64,000 nucleotides of DNA from an uncultured Acidobacteriota bacterium. GTDB taxonomy: Bacteria; Acidobacteriota; Thermoanaerobaculia; UBA5066; Gp7-AA6. The notes beneath the pieces are model-generated. The model was not told the origin of the DNA. It searched no databases and was given only the letters and a program-made list of their open reading frames with translations. Positions 10,745 through 21,876 of the stretch are shown piece after piece (the first letter of the stretch is position 1; each line of letters opens with the position of its first letter). The position numbers and the translations under genes are program-made. The stretch spans positions 36,331 to 100,330 of the forward strand of contig CAVRXJ010000007.1 of the NCBI GenBank assembly GCA_963725095.1. Direction: 5' to 3'.

Positions 10745-12196
10745 AGGCCTCGTCGCGTCGGGCCTCGTGCGCGGCCGCCGGCCTTCTCCTTGCGGTCGCC
10801 CCCGCCTTCGGGCAGGCGGCTCCCCCGGGCTGGAAGGCGATTCCCAGGCCTCCCCTGCGCGCGTTCCCGATCCCGCGCCCCGTCCGCTTCGACCTGCGCG
10901 AACGGCATGACCATCTTCTTGATGGAGGACCACGAGCTGCCGCTGATCGAGGGCTTCGCCTTCCTCCGAGCCGGTTCGCGGAACGAACCGCCGGAGAAGG
11001 CCGGGATGGGAGAGATCCTCTCGGAGGCCTGGCGGGCGGGCGGCACCCGGACCCGATCGGGCGATGCGCTGGACGATTTCCTGGAGGCGCGCGCGGCGCG
11101 CGTGGAGACCGAGGTCGACACGGCGATGACGACCGTCTCGCTCTCGTGCCTCAAGGCAGACTTCGACGACGTCCTCGGCGTCTTCGTCGATCTCCTGCGC
11201 GAGCCCGCGTTCGCGCCGGAGAAGATCGAGATCGCCCGCGCGCAGGCCGAGACGGCGATTTCCCGGCGCAACGACAGCCCGGGGCAGCTGGCCGACCGAG
11301 AGTCCCGAAGACTCGTGTACGGGGCCGACAGCCCGTACGCCCGGTGGCCCGAGTACGCGACGGTCGCCGCGGTCACCCGCGCGGACCTCCTGGCCTGGCA
11401 GCACCGCTACGTCCATCCCAACCGGATCCTGCTCGGGCTGGTGGGAGACTTCGAGGCGAAGGCGATGGAGGCGCGGCTCCGAAAGGCCTTCGGACCCTGG
11501 CCCCGCGGACCGGAGTTCACCGATCCGGATCCGGTCTACCGCCAGGCACCGCGGCCCGGCGTCTTCCTGGTGGAGAAGGACGACGTCAACCAGTCGAGCA
11601 TCCGGCTGGTTCACCTGGGAACGACGCGCCGGGACGCCGACTTCTTCGCCCTCGAGGTCCTGAACCAGCTCTTCAGCGGAACAGCTCCGCCTCGCGCCTC
11701 TACGTCAATGTCCGGGCCCGAAAGGGACTCGCCTATTCGGTCTGGGGCGGGGTCGAGAGCGAATACGACTACCCGGGAGTGTTCGAGGTCGGGCGTCGGC
11801 ACCAAGAGCGAGACGACGGCGGCAGGCATCGACGCGCTCAACGAGGAAATCGTGAACATCGTCGGGAGGCCGCCGGACCCCCAGGAGCTGCAGGGGGCGA
11901 AGGACGCGATCCTGAACTCGTTCGTTTTCCGGTTCGATTCCAGGCGAAAGATCCTGCGCGAGCAGATGGTCGACGCGTACTACGGATATCCCGGCGACTT
12001 CCTGGAGCGCTACCGGACCGCCGTCGAGAAAGTGACGGCGGAGGACGTGGCCCGCGCGGCACGGAACCACATCCACAAGGACCGGCTCGCGCTCCTCGTC
12101 GTCGGGAAGCCGTCGGATTTCGACCGCCCCCTCTCCTCCTTCGGCCCGGTCACGAAACTCGACGTCTCGATCCCGCGCCTCCCGGAAAAGAAGTAG
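10741..12196 (+). CDS. M16-family peptidase-like protein lacking HxxEH (non-catalytic partner type), about 3 frame breaks
   Basis: GTG 10741 overlaps the upstream stop (GTGA). Signal peptide ..AAAGLLLAVAPAFGQ. Homologous to M16 throughout (..ILLGLVGDFEA.., ..GAKDAILNSFVFRFDS..) but has GMGEILSEAW where HxxEH would be. Breaks near 10898, 11682 and 11797. Confidence 0.7.
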
Positions 12197-12198
12197 CA

Positions 12199-12230
12199 GG
12201 CCCGCGCGAATCCCCTTCGGGCGCGCGGCC
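12199..12230 (+). terminator. GC-rich hairpin just after the M16 gene (candidate intrinsic terminator)
   Basis: GGCC(C)GCGCG (12199-12208) pairs with CGCGCGGCC (12222-12230): 9 bp with one bulge and a 13-nt loop, followed by TTCGGTT. The U-tract is weak. Confidence 0.3.
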
Positions 12231-12287
12231 TTCGGTTAAGATCGCGCGGCCTCCGCCCGGGAACCGACCACACCGACGAGGAGAACG

Positions 12288-15200
12288 ATGAAGAGATTGC
12301 TTCGGCTCGCGGCCCTCCCCTGCTTCGCCCTCATCGCGGCCGCCGCTCCGGCGCTCGCGTGCCGACGACAGCCGCCCCGGGCGCGACCCCGCGCAGCCGA
12401 TCGACGAGGAGTACACGAAGAAGATCAAGGAGTACACGACGGAGACCTTCTTCCTCTCGCCCCTCGTCGACTACCTGCCGGCCGCGCCGGGCATCCCGAC
12501 GCCGAAGGCGGTGCTGGGCGACGTGGCCGGGGCGCCCGGCAAGCTGCCCTACTCGGCCGACGTGTACCGCTACTTCCGGGATCCTCGCCGCGGCGAGCCC
12601 GCGCGTGCGGGTGCGCACGATCGGAACGACCGAGGAGGGCCGCGAGATGATCGCGGTGACGGTCGCCTCGGAGGCGCTCCTGGCGCAGCTCGACGAGAAC
12701 CGCGCGCGCCTGGCCAAACTCGCCGATCCGCGCACGATCCAGCTGAGACGACGCGGAGGCGGAGAAGCTCATCGCCGCCGTCGGCTCCCGTCTACTACAT
12801 CACCGGCACGATCCACTCCCCCGAGACCGGCTCGCCCACGGCGCTGATGGAGCTCGCCTACCGGCTCGCGGTCGACGAGAGCCCGTACGTCCGGTACATC
12901 CGCGACCACGTCGTCGTCATGATCACGCCCATCGTCGAGGTGGACGGGCGCGACCGGCAGGTCGACATCTACAACTGGCACCTCGCGCACCCCGGCGAGA
13001 ACTGGCCGCCGCTCGTCTACTGGGGCCACTACGTCGCGCACGACAACAACCGCGACGCGATGGGCCTGACCCTGAAGCTGACGCGCAACGTGCTCGCGGC
13101 CTGGCTCGACGCGAAGGCGCAGGTGCTGCACGACCTGCACGAGTCGGTGCCCTACCTCTACGACAACACCGTGGGCGACGGCCCGTACAACGCCTGGCTC
13201 GACCCGATCGTGACCAACGAGTGGCAGATGCTCGGCTGGAACAACGTCCAGGAGATGACGCGGTTCGGGATGCCGGGCGTCTTCACGCACGGCGTCTTCG
13301 ACACGTGGTCGCCCGGCTACCTCATGTTCCTCGCGCGCGACGCACAACGGCGTCTCGCGCCTCTACGAGACCTTCGGCAACGCCGGCGCGGACACGGTCG
13401 AGCGCACGCTCCAGCCGTCCGAGTACTCGCGCACCTGGTACCGGCAGAACCCGCCGCTGCCGAAGGTGAAGTGGTCGCAGCGCGACAACAACAACTACCA
13501 GCAGACGGGCCTGCTCGTCTCGCTCCACTACGTCGCCGCCAACCGCGCCGAGTTCCTGCGCAACTTCTACCTGAAGAGCAAGCGGTCCGTCGAGAAGCCG
13601 CAGGCGGAGGGCCCGGCCGCCTACGTCTTCCCCGCCGACGACCCGCGGCCCGGCGCGCAGGCCGAGCTGCTCCGGCTGCTGCAGCTGCAGGGGTGCGAGA
13701 TCCACCGGGCGACGGCGCCCTTCACGGCGGTCGTGTCGTCGCCGAAGAAACCGAAGAAGGACGAGGACAAGACGGACGCGAAGACGGCCGAGAAGGACAA
13801 GGCCGCCGCGGCCCGGAAGGCGGACGCGAAGGACGAGAAGCCCGCGCCGCGAGACGCGCGCGTTCCCCGCCGGCAGCTACCTCGTGCGCATGGACCAGCC
13901 GTACAGCCGGATCGCCGACGCGATGCTCGACTACCAGTACTGGAGCCCCGATGATCCGCAGAAGAGCCCCTACGACGACACCGGCTGGACCTTCGGCGAG
14001 CTCTATCGGCGTCGAGGTGCGGCGGGCGACCGACGCGAAGGTTCTCGCCGCCGCCATGGAGCCGGTGAACGGGACCGGTCGCCGCGCCGGGCGGCGTCTC
14101 GGGGGACGGCCCGGTCTACGCGGTCAACCACAACGCGGAGAGCGCGCTCGCGACGCTCCGCTTCCGATTCCCGGACGCGGCCTTCGAGGCCGCCGAAGAG
14201 CCGTTCGAGGCCGCCGGACGGAAGTTCACGCGGGGCTCCTTCCTGATCCGGGGCGTGGACCGGGCGGCCCTCGGCAGCGCCGCCGCGGAGCTCGGCCTCT
14301 CGGTCACGGCCCTCGCCGCGGCGCCCAAGGTCCCGACGCACCCGGTGCGCGCGCCGCGCATCGGGCTGCTCCACACCTGGATCTACGACGCAGGACGAAG
14401 GGTGGTGGCGGCTCGGCGTTCGACGAGCGGAAGATCCCCTACACGTACCTCAGCACGCAGGTCGTCGCGCAGACTCCGGACCTGAGGTCCCGCTTCGACG
14501 TGATCGTCTTTCCCCCGACCGGCGTCGGCACGCGCCACATCGTCGGCGGCATGCCGATGTGGGGCAATCCCCTGCCCTGGAAGACGACGGCGCTGACACC
14601 CAACATCGGAAAGATCGACTCGACCGACGACATGCGGCCGGGGCTCGATCTCTCCGGCGTCGCCAACCTGAAGCGCTTCGTGGCCGAGGGAGGCCTCCTC
14701 ATCGGATCGATGGACACGGCGGAGTTCGCCGTCGAGGTCGGCATGGCCCCGGGGGTGACGGTCGCCGATTCCGACAAGCTGAAGCTGACCGGAAGCGTCG
14801 TTCAGTCCAAGCTCGTCGACGCGGCGAGCCCGATCGTCGTACGGGTACACCGAGCTTCCCTCGATCTTCTCCTTCGACGGCCCCATCTTCAACCTGTCGA
14901 ACCTGGCCGGACGGCGCGGCGGCGGCGCCGCTTCGGCGACCAGAAGGAGCGCGCCACGGGCCGCGGCACCGCGGACGACCCGGACTGGGTCGTCGGCCGG
15001 CCCCCGGTCGAGGCCCCCGAGGAGCCGAAGGCCGAGCCCTGGGAGGCGCTGCCCCTTGACCGCCGAACAGAAGCGCAACAACCCCTACGTCATTCCGCCC
15101 CAGTATCGGCCGCGCGTCCCGCTGCGCTACGGCGACGCCAAGGACCTGCTCGTCTCGGGCCTGCTCGAAGGGGCCTCCGAGATCGCGCAGCACCCGGCGA

Positions 15201-15352
15201 TCGTGGACGTGCCCGTCGAGAAGGGGCACGTCGTCCTCTTTTCCAACAACCCGTTCTGGCGCGGCGAGACCCGGGGAAGCGAGTGCCTGGTCTTCAACGC
15301 CATCCTGAACTTCGACAGCCTGAACGCGGGAAGGAAGGACGCCGAGAAGTAG
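12288..15352 (+). CDS. Large secreted M14-family (zinc carboxypeptidase-like) protein, ~1020 aa, about 11 frame breaks
   Basis: RBS GAGGAG, ATG 12288 and signal peptide MKRLLRLAALPCFALIAAAAPALA. Zinc motif HxxE in ..YYITGTIHSPETGSPTALMELAYRL.. and ..GHYVAHDNNRD.. The protein reads continuously across fragments to ..HVVLFSNNPFWRGETRGSECLVFNAILNF. Breaks near 12360, 12580, 12760, 13335, 13860, 14010, 14065, 14390, 14845, 14920 and 15055. Confidence 0.7.
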
Positions 15353-15361
15353 GCGGAGTGT

Positions 15362-16132
15362 TCAGGGCTTCTGTTCGTCGGGCCGCCCGTCGAGGAGGGC
15401 CTTCAGCCGGGCATGGCCTTCGCGGCTCACGGGGATGCGCGTGCCGTCGGCGAGGATCGCGACGTGGCTGTTCTTCGCGTACAGCTCCACCTTCCGCAGC
15501 CGCTCGACGTTGAGCACGTACGACCGGTGCACGCGCAGGAAGCGGGTCGGGTCGAGCCCCGCGGACAGGCTCGCGAGGGTCTGCGCCTTGCGGTACGACT
15601 TGCCATCCGCCTTCAGCGCCACCGCGTCGTCCCGCGCTTCGAGGTAGTCGAGGCGGGCGACCGGGATGACGTGCACGTCGCTCCCGTCCCGGACCGCGAT
15701 CCGCACCGCGTAGCTGCCGGCGGGCCGCAGCGCGGCGGCCAGGCGCGCGGGATCGGGCCTCTGCTTGCGGAGGGCGCGCTCCCGCGCCCGGGCGAGCGCT
15801 TCGAGCAGCCGCTCCTGCCGGTACGGCTTCAACACGTAGTCGACCGCCTCCACTTCGAAGGCCTTCACCGCGTAGTGGTCGTAGGCGGTGACGAAGACGA
15901 CCGCGATCGCCGGATCCAGCAGCTCCATGACCTCGAAACCGTCGAGCTTGGGCATCTCGATGTCGAGGAACACGGCGTCGGGCTTCTGCTCGGCCGCCGC
16001 GCGCAGGGCCTCCAGTCCGTTGGCGCACTCTCCGACCACGCGCACGCCCGGCGCGCGGCCGAGCAGCTCCGACAGCAGCGAACGCGCGGGCTCCTCGTCG
16101 TCGACGACCAGGACCCGGACGGTCTCGCTCAC
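15362..16132 (-). CDS. LytR/AlgR-family response regulator (receiver + LytTR DNA-binding domain)
   Basis: GTG start at 16132 overlaps the kinase stop (GTGA). Receiver ..VRVLVVDDEEPARSLL..DAVFLDIEMPKLDG.., then LytTR ..VIPVARLDYLEARDDAVALKADGKSYRKAQTLASL...FLRVHRSYVLNVERL. Frame intact. Confidence 0.9.
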   Translation of the reverse strand: MSETVRVLVVDDEEPARSLLSELLGRAPGVRVVGECANGLEALRAAAEQKPDAVFLDIEMPKLDGFEVMELLDPAIAVVFVTAYDHYAVKAFEVEAVDYVLKPYRQERLLEALARARERALRKQRPDPARLAAALRPAGSYAVRIAVRDGSDVHVIPVARLDYLEARDDAVALKADGKSYRKAQTLASLSAGLDPTRFLRVHRSYVLNVERLRKVELYAKNSHVAILADGTRIPVSREGHARLKALLDGRPDEQKP

Positions 16133-17197
16133 GCGGCCCCCGCGACGCGCACCGGGACCGAGATGATGGCGAGGTGCCGGCCTTCGACCTTCCGCGCGGC
16201 GAAGATGGCGTCGGCGCCGTACAGGGCGTTCAACCGCTCCCGCACGATCCGAAGGCCCAGCCCGTTGCGCGGGCGCGCGGGCGCCTCCGGATCGAAGGGA
16301 TTCTCGATGACGATGCGCAGGCGGTGCCCCGCGCGCCGCGCCTCGACCCGGACCGTGCCTCCGTCGACGAGCGTCGCGATGCCGTGCACGACGGCGTTCT
16401 CGACGAGGGGCTGGAGGAGCAGCGGCGGGACGAGGCACTCCTCGCCGGCGGCGTCGACATCTTCCTCGACAATCAGGCGCGACCCGAACCGGATCCGCTC
16501 GACGTCGAGGTAGTGCCGGGCCAGGGCGAGCTCCTCCCCGACGCGGATGGAAGGGCGCTCCCCGGCGGCGAGGCTCTTTCGGAGAAACTCCGCCAGCCCG
16601 ACGCACATCTCCCGGGCCCGGCCGGCATCGCGGCCGATCAACGCGCTCACCGCATTCAAGCTGTTGTAGAGGAAGTGCGGCTGGATGCGGGACTTCAGGG
16701 CGTGCAGCTCCGCTTCCCGGGCCAGGAGGGCGAGGGCCGCCTCCTTCTTTTCCCGATCGCGCACGGCCTCGAACGAGATCAGCACGTAGTGCAAGCCCGC
16801 GGAAAGAAAGTAGAAGAGGACGCCGGCGGCAAAGAGGATGGGGACCTGCCCGGCGTAGAGCGAAGGCAGCTCGGAGAGCGCGGGCAGGCTCTCGAGGAGG
16901 CGCGCGAGCAGGCCGCCGAGAAAGACCCACGACCGCGGAGATCAGAAGCGCCGCGGCGCCGTGGGTGACGAACAGGATCGCCCACCGGCCTCCTTCGAGC
17001 GGCGTGGCCCGGCACGGGTACCACGCCGAAAGGGACAGGAAGGCGTAGAGGACGGTCATCGGGACCGCGAGCGCGGCGGCGTCGGCCAGCGGGAACGTCC
17101 CGGCCCCCGCCATCAGCGCCGTCAGCACCGCCGCGAGCGGCAACGACGCCGTCAGATACGGAAGGAGCCGGCCCGGCCGCGCGAGGATCGGATGCAA
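16129..17197 (-). CDS. LytS/YehU-type sensor histidine kinase (membrane N-terminus, His_kinase + HATPase_c), one frame break
   Basis: Membrane N-terminus MHPILARPGRLLPYLTASLPLAAVLTALMAG.. with a frame break near 16922. This is followed by ..LKSRIQPHFLYNSLNAVSALI.. (phospho-His region of the LytS family) and ..LLQPLVENAVVHG...GLGLRIVRERL (ATPase). Confidence 0.8.
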
Positions 17198-17240
17198 CTC
17201 CTAGTCCCCCCGTCGCGTCCCGGCGAAGGCCGAGCGCCGT

Positions 17241-18272
17241 CTAATTCTTCACCTCCACGCCGCCCATGATCGCCGTTCCCCGGAGGATGAGCGTCTTGGA
17301 CGGCTTGACGCCGTCGGCCATGCGCCGGGTCGAGTCCGTGAACATCCCGAGGATCGGCGTGCCGTTGGCGACCACGTTCCAGTCGGGGGGCACCTTGAAT
17401 TCCACGCCGCCGAAGACCGTGAAGACCTCGACGGTGGCCGTGTCGCCCTTCATTCCGGCTGCCCGCAGGTCGATCTCGAATCCCCCCATGATCGCCGTGA
17501 CCTCGCCGCCGGAGAAATCCTGCGACCTCACGACGCGCTCGCCGCCTCCCATCAGGGCAAATTCCCGCAGGACGTTGCCCGAATCCGGTGCCGCGCCGCT
17601 CGGGCCGGGATCGGCCGATGTCCCCGACGCCGGGCCGGGAGCCTCCGGCTGTCCCGGATTGCCGGGAATCCAGGGGGCCGGCGCCTGCCGCTCTTGCCGC
17701 GGAGGGCCTGCCAGATCAGGGTCGCCCCCAGAACCACCAGCAGGCCCGGCCAGACGAGGCGCAGCCGAAACCACGGCACGTGGAGCGCCCGCAGCAGGAA
17801 CGCGGAGCCGAGGAAGAGCAGCACGACGCCGCCGACGTAGTCCTCCCGCCGCCCCGGGGCGAGCAGGCGCGTCAAGCCGAGACCGATGAGCAACAGGGGC
17901 CAGTACCGAAAGACGTCGCCCGCGTACGAGGACGCCGAAATTGTCGAGAAGGAAGAGCAGGCCGAGCGCCATGAGGATGACGCCCCCGACCACGCGGCCC
18001 GTCGCCCGGGGCGAAGCCCCGCGCGTCACGAGCCCGCTCCCGCCGCGCCGGCCGGGCGCCGCCGGCGCTTGCGCCAACCCTCGGCGATCATCCCGACGCC
18101 CGACGGCGACGAAGACGACGGGCCAGAGGTCCCGGACGGCCAGCGCGACCCAGCGGATCGCGTCCCGCATCCGGAAAACCTCGAGGTTGTCCAGCAGCAG
18201 GACGGCTCCCAGAGCCACGAAGGCGAGTCCCCAGAAAATGCTCGACGCCGCCGCGGAGCCCGATCGCGTCAT
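17241..18272 (-). CDS. LiaF-like membrane protein (cell-wall-active-antibiotic response C-terminal domain), at least 2 frame breaks
   Basis: ATG 18272 overlaps the upstream stop (ATGA). Repeated TM units (..GLAFVALGAVLLLDNLEV.., ..MALGLLFLLDNFGVL.., ..YWPLLLIGLGLTRLL.., ..LVWPGLLVVLGATLIW). The C-terminus ..FALMGGGERVVRSQDFSGGEVTAIMGGFEIDLRAAGMKGDTATVEVFTVFGGVEFKVPPDWNVV resembles the LiaF/YvqF C-terminal domain. Breaks near 17925 and 17690. Confidence 0.65.
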   Translation of the reverse strand: MTRSGSAAASSIFWGLAFVALGAVLLLDNLEVFRMRDAIRWVALAVRDLWPVVFVAVGRRDDRRGLAQAPAAPGRRGGSGLVTRGASPRATGRVVGGVILMALGLLFLLDNFGVLVRGRRLSVLAPVAHRSRLDAPARPGAAGGLRRRRRAALPRLRVPAAGAPRAVVSAAPRLAGPAGGSGGDPDLAGPPRQERQAPAPWIPGNPGQPEAPGPASGTSADPGPSGAAPDSGNVLREFALMGGGERVVRSQDFSGGEVTAIMGGFEIDLRAAGMKGDTATVEVFTVFGGVEFKVPPDWNVVANGTPILGMFTDSTRRMADGVKPSKTLILRGTAIMGGVEVKN

Positions 18273-18661
18273 GACCGTCCTCCCATCGCTCCTCCTCCCG
18301 GCGGCTCGATCGCGCTCCCCGCGCGCCGGCCGCGCAGCCCCTCGAGAATCATCGCGGCCCCGATGGCGACCAGGAAGGCGGGCCACAGGTCCCCGATCGA
18401 AACGCCCGCCCAGCCAAACTGGTCGAGCTGGAAGAAGACGCCGAGGGCGAGCAGGACGGATCCCGAAATGAAGTGCCCGCGCCGGTTGGGTCCGAACATC
18501 CGCGTGGCTCCCACCCAGACCAGCAACAGCGGCCAGTAGTCGCCCAGGGAGCCCGCCCGCACGAGCCCGAAGTTCTGCAGAACCAGCAGGCCGCCGACGA
18601 TCAGCAGCAGCGTCCCGCCGATCAGCCCCGAGGTGCGCCGTCCTTCGCCGGGATCCGTCAT
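18269..18661 (-). CDS. Small (130 aa) membrane protein with LiaI/LiaF-like TM repeats; first gene of the LytTR operon
   Basis: RBS GGGAGG then ATG at 18661. MTDPGEGRRTSGLIGGTLLLIVGGLLVLQNFGLV..YWPLLLVWVGA..LLALGVFFQLDQFGW..LWPAFLVAIGAAMIL carries the same G-x-LLL-x-N-x-G / WP-x-LL repeat as the next gene. Frame intact. Confidence 0.6.
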   Translation of the reverse strand: MTDPGEGRRTSGLIGGTLLLIVGGLLVLQNFGLVRAGSLGDYWPLLLVWVGATRMFGPNRRGHFISGSVLLALGVFFQLDQFGWAGVSIGDLWPAFLVAIGAAMILEGLRGRRAGSAIEPPGGGAMGGRS

Positions 18662-18743
18662 CTTCGCCTCCCTTCGTGAGCCGCGCGATTCCACGCCTCT
18701 CGAGGAAAGACTACGTCCTCGACGGCGGCCTGTCCCTCGCCTT

Positions 18744-18783
18744 TCGGCCAACGGTGGCCGCGGTCGGCAGACGGTGGCCGATC
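18744..18783. promoter_or_regulatory. Tandem 20-bp direct repeat (core ACGGTGGCCG x2), candidate LytTR-regulator binding site
   Basis: TCGGCCAACGGTGGCCGCGG / TCGGCAGACGGTGGCCGATC, with the 10-nt core perfectly repeated at 18751-18760 and 18771-18780. It lies in the divergent intergenic region between the LytTR operon (start 18661) and kinase 1 (start 18846). It ends about 25 nt upstream of a TAGAAT box (18809-18814). Confidence 0.35.
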
Positions 18784-18845
18784 GGCGCCCGGCGGCGCGG
18801 GCACGCGCTAGAATCCTGTTCAGGCCACACACGAGGCCACACCAC

Positions 18846-21812
18846 ATGATCTGCCCCGAGTGCCACACCCCGAACCCTCAGGGAGCCATGATCTGCCTCC
18901 AGTGCTCCGGCGGGCTCTCCGATCCGGCCTTGACCTCTTCCGACGCCGACGGCGACTCGACTGCCCACGCTCGCCGCTCCAACCAGCCTGAAGGACTTGA
19001 GCAGCGGGAAGACGGGGCCCGCGGCGTCCGCCGCTTCGGTGCTGCCCCCGGGGATGGAGATCGGGAAACGCTACCGGGTCCTTCGGATTCTGGGGCGCGG
19101 AGGCATGGGGGCCGTCTACCAGGTCCAGGATCAGCAGCTCGACCGCGAGGTCGCGCTCAAGCTGATCCGCCCGGACATCGCCGAGAACGAAGCCGTGATC
19201 GAGCGCTTCAAGCGCGAGATCCAGCTCTCGAGCAAGGTCACGCACAAGAACGTCCTGCGCGTTTACGACCTCGGCGAGTCCGATGGCGATCCGTACCTCA
19301 CGATGCACTACATCGAGGGGGAGGACCTCGCGTCGCTCATCAAGCGCGAGAAGCGCCTGCCCGATTGCGCGAACCCTTCGCCTCTTCCGCCAGATCTGCG
19401 AGGGGCTGCAGGCGGCGCACGAGCAGGGCGTCATCCACCGGGACTTGAAGCCCCAGAACGTCATGCTCGACGCCTCGGATCGCGTGTACCTGACGGACTT
19501 CGGCCTTGCCAAGACGCTCGAGCAATCGGGCATGACGCAGACCGGCGCCGTCGATCGGAACGCCGTACTACATGTCCCCGGAGCAGGTGAAGGGCGAGCC
19601 GGCGGGTCCGCGTTCGGACATCTACTCGCTCGGCATCATCCTTTACGAAATGCTGACGGGCGCCGTGCCCTTCACGGGCAGCTCGGCCTTCGAGGTCATG
19701 ATCCAGCGGGTCCAGCGCCCGCCGCGCCCGGCCCGCGAGATCAACCCGGAGATCCCCGCCTACCTCGAAAAGATCCTCGAGCGCTGCCTCGCCATGGACC
19801 CGACGTCCCGCTACCAGTCGGTCGAGGAGATCCTCAAGGACCTCGACTCCGCCACGTTCCACACGACGATGCGGTACGAGATCCAGAAGCGGCGGTGGCT
19901 GTGGCCGGCGGTTGGCGGAACCGCTCTGATTCTCGGGCTGGCGCTGACAGGCTGGTGGCTGCGCGGCCGGGTCTCGACGGCGGCAAAGGAAACGGTCCAC
20001 AAGCCGGAATCGGTTCTGATCACGGATTTCGCCAACAAGACCGGCGAGCCGGTCTTCGACGGCACCCTCGAGCCGGCCTTCGGCCTCGCCCTGGAAGGCG
20101 CCTCGTTCCTCACGTCCTACAACCGCGGCCAGGCGCGCAAGATCGCGGCCCAGCTCCAGCCGGGCGCGACGAGCCTGACCGAGCCCCTCGGTCGCCTGGT
20201 GGCCGTGCGGGAAGGGATCCAGGTGGTCACTTCCGGTGCGATCGAGAAGAAGGGATCGGACTACATCCTGACGGTTCGGGCGATCGACCCATCCACTGGC
20301 AAACAGATCGCCGCACAGGAGTCCCGTGCCGGCAGCAAGGACGCCGTGCTCTCCTCGGTTGCCAGGCTCGCTGCGGGCGTGCGCTCGGCCCTCGGCGACA
20401 CGACGCCCACGTCGCTTCAGCTCGCGGCGGCGGAGACCTTCACCGCCGGCTCTCTCGAGGCCGCGCACGAGTACTCGGTCGCCCAGGACCTTCAATACGC
20501 CGGCGACTACGACAAGGCGATCCAGCGCTACCTCAAGGCGATCGAGATCGACCCGGAGCTCGGACGGGCCGACTCCGGCGTCGCCGCCCTCTATGCGAAC
20601 CAGGGCCGGCGCGACGAGGCCGAGAAGTACTACAAGCTCGCCATGGCGAAGATCGACCGCATGAGCGACCGGGAGAAGTTCCGCACCCGCGGCGGCTACT
20701 ACCTGGGCGTGCGCCGCGACCCGGACAAGGCCATCGAGGAGTACACGCAGCTGGTGGCGCGGTACCCGGCCGACACCGCCGGGATCTCGAACCTGGCGCT
20801 CGCCTACTTCTACAAGCGCGACATGGGCAAGGCACTCTCGGAGGGACGCCGCGCGATCGCGATCTATCCGAAGAATGTTCCGCAGCGAAACAACGTGGGC
20901 CTCTATGCCATGTATGCGGGAGACTTCGACGCTGCGATCCGGGAGCAGAACGAGGTCCTTCGGATGAACCCGCGGTTCGTGCTGGCCTACGTGGGGCTCG
21001 CGCTGTCACAACTGGCTCAAGGCCACGCCGACCTCGCGGCGGAGACCTGGCGCAAGGCCGAGCCGATCGACGCAAGGGGCGCCTCCGACGCCGCGCTCGG
21101 CCTCGCGGACATCGCCCTCTACGGCAGCCGGGCGGGTGATGCGGTGCCGCTGCTCGAGAAAGGCCTCGACGCCGACCTCGCGGCGAATGACCCGGTCTCC
21201 GCGGCGGTCAAGCTCGCCGCGCTGGCCGAGGCGAATCTGGAACTCAAGCAGACCGCCGCAGGCGCTCGCGGCGGCCGACCGGGCCGTCTCGCTCGGGAAG
21301 CGAGAAAACGTGCTCTATCCGGCCGCGCGTGTCTACCTCCGCGCCGGAAAGGACGCGAAGGCCCTTGCCCTCGCGGACGAACTCTCGACCCGCCTCGAGC
21401 AGGACCCCCAGGCCTACGCGGAGCTCATCCGAGGCGAGGTGGAGCTCTCGAACGCGGCAAGGCCCGAGAAGCGATCAAGCGGATCGAGAACGCGCGCAAG
21501 ATCGCCGACACCTGGATGGGGCACTATCTTCTCGGCCGCGCCTACTTCGAGGCCGGCGCCTTCCCGGACGCGGACCGCGAGCTCGAGGCCTGCGTCCGCC
21601 GACGCGGCGAGGCCACGGCGCTCTTCCTGGACGAGGCGCCGACCTATCGGTACTACCCTCCGGTCTCCTACTACCTGGGGCGTGCCAAAGAGGAGCTCAA
21701 GAGCCCGGCCGCCGCGGACGCCTACAAGGCCTACCTCTCCGTCAAGGAAAATGCCGTCGCGGATCCGCTCGCCGACGACGCCCGGCGAAGGCTCGGCTCA
21801 GCGAAGCCCTAG
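18846..21812 (+). CDS. Ser/Thr protein kinase 1: N-terminal zinc ribbon, Hanks kinase, one TM, periplasmic domain, TPR array; about 5 frame breaks
   Basis: MICPECHTPNPQGAMICLQCSG (CxxC..CxxC). Kinase motifs GRGGMGAVY, ALKLI, HRDLKPQNVML, DFGLAK, (GTPYY)MSPEQ. TM segment WLWPAVGGTALILGLALTGWWL. TPR-like C-terminus ending ..DDARRRLGSAKP. Breaks near 18965, 19368, 19553, 21252 and 21458. Confidence 0.8.
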
Positions 21813-21876
21813 CCCCTCCGGGGCGGCCCCGGCGCAGCGCCAGGCCCCGGGGCTACAATCCTGCAACGCGATCCCG

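Noticed and set aside
15362-17197. 611-aa ORF that looks like a fused histidine kinase-response regulator hybrid
   Set aside because: The central ~220 aa are an Arg-rich out-of-frame reading of the kinase. The real arrangement is two genes (kinase 17197..16129, regulator 16132..15362) with a GTGA overlap and one frame break near 16922.
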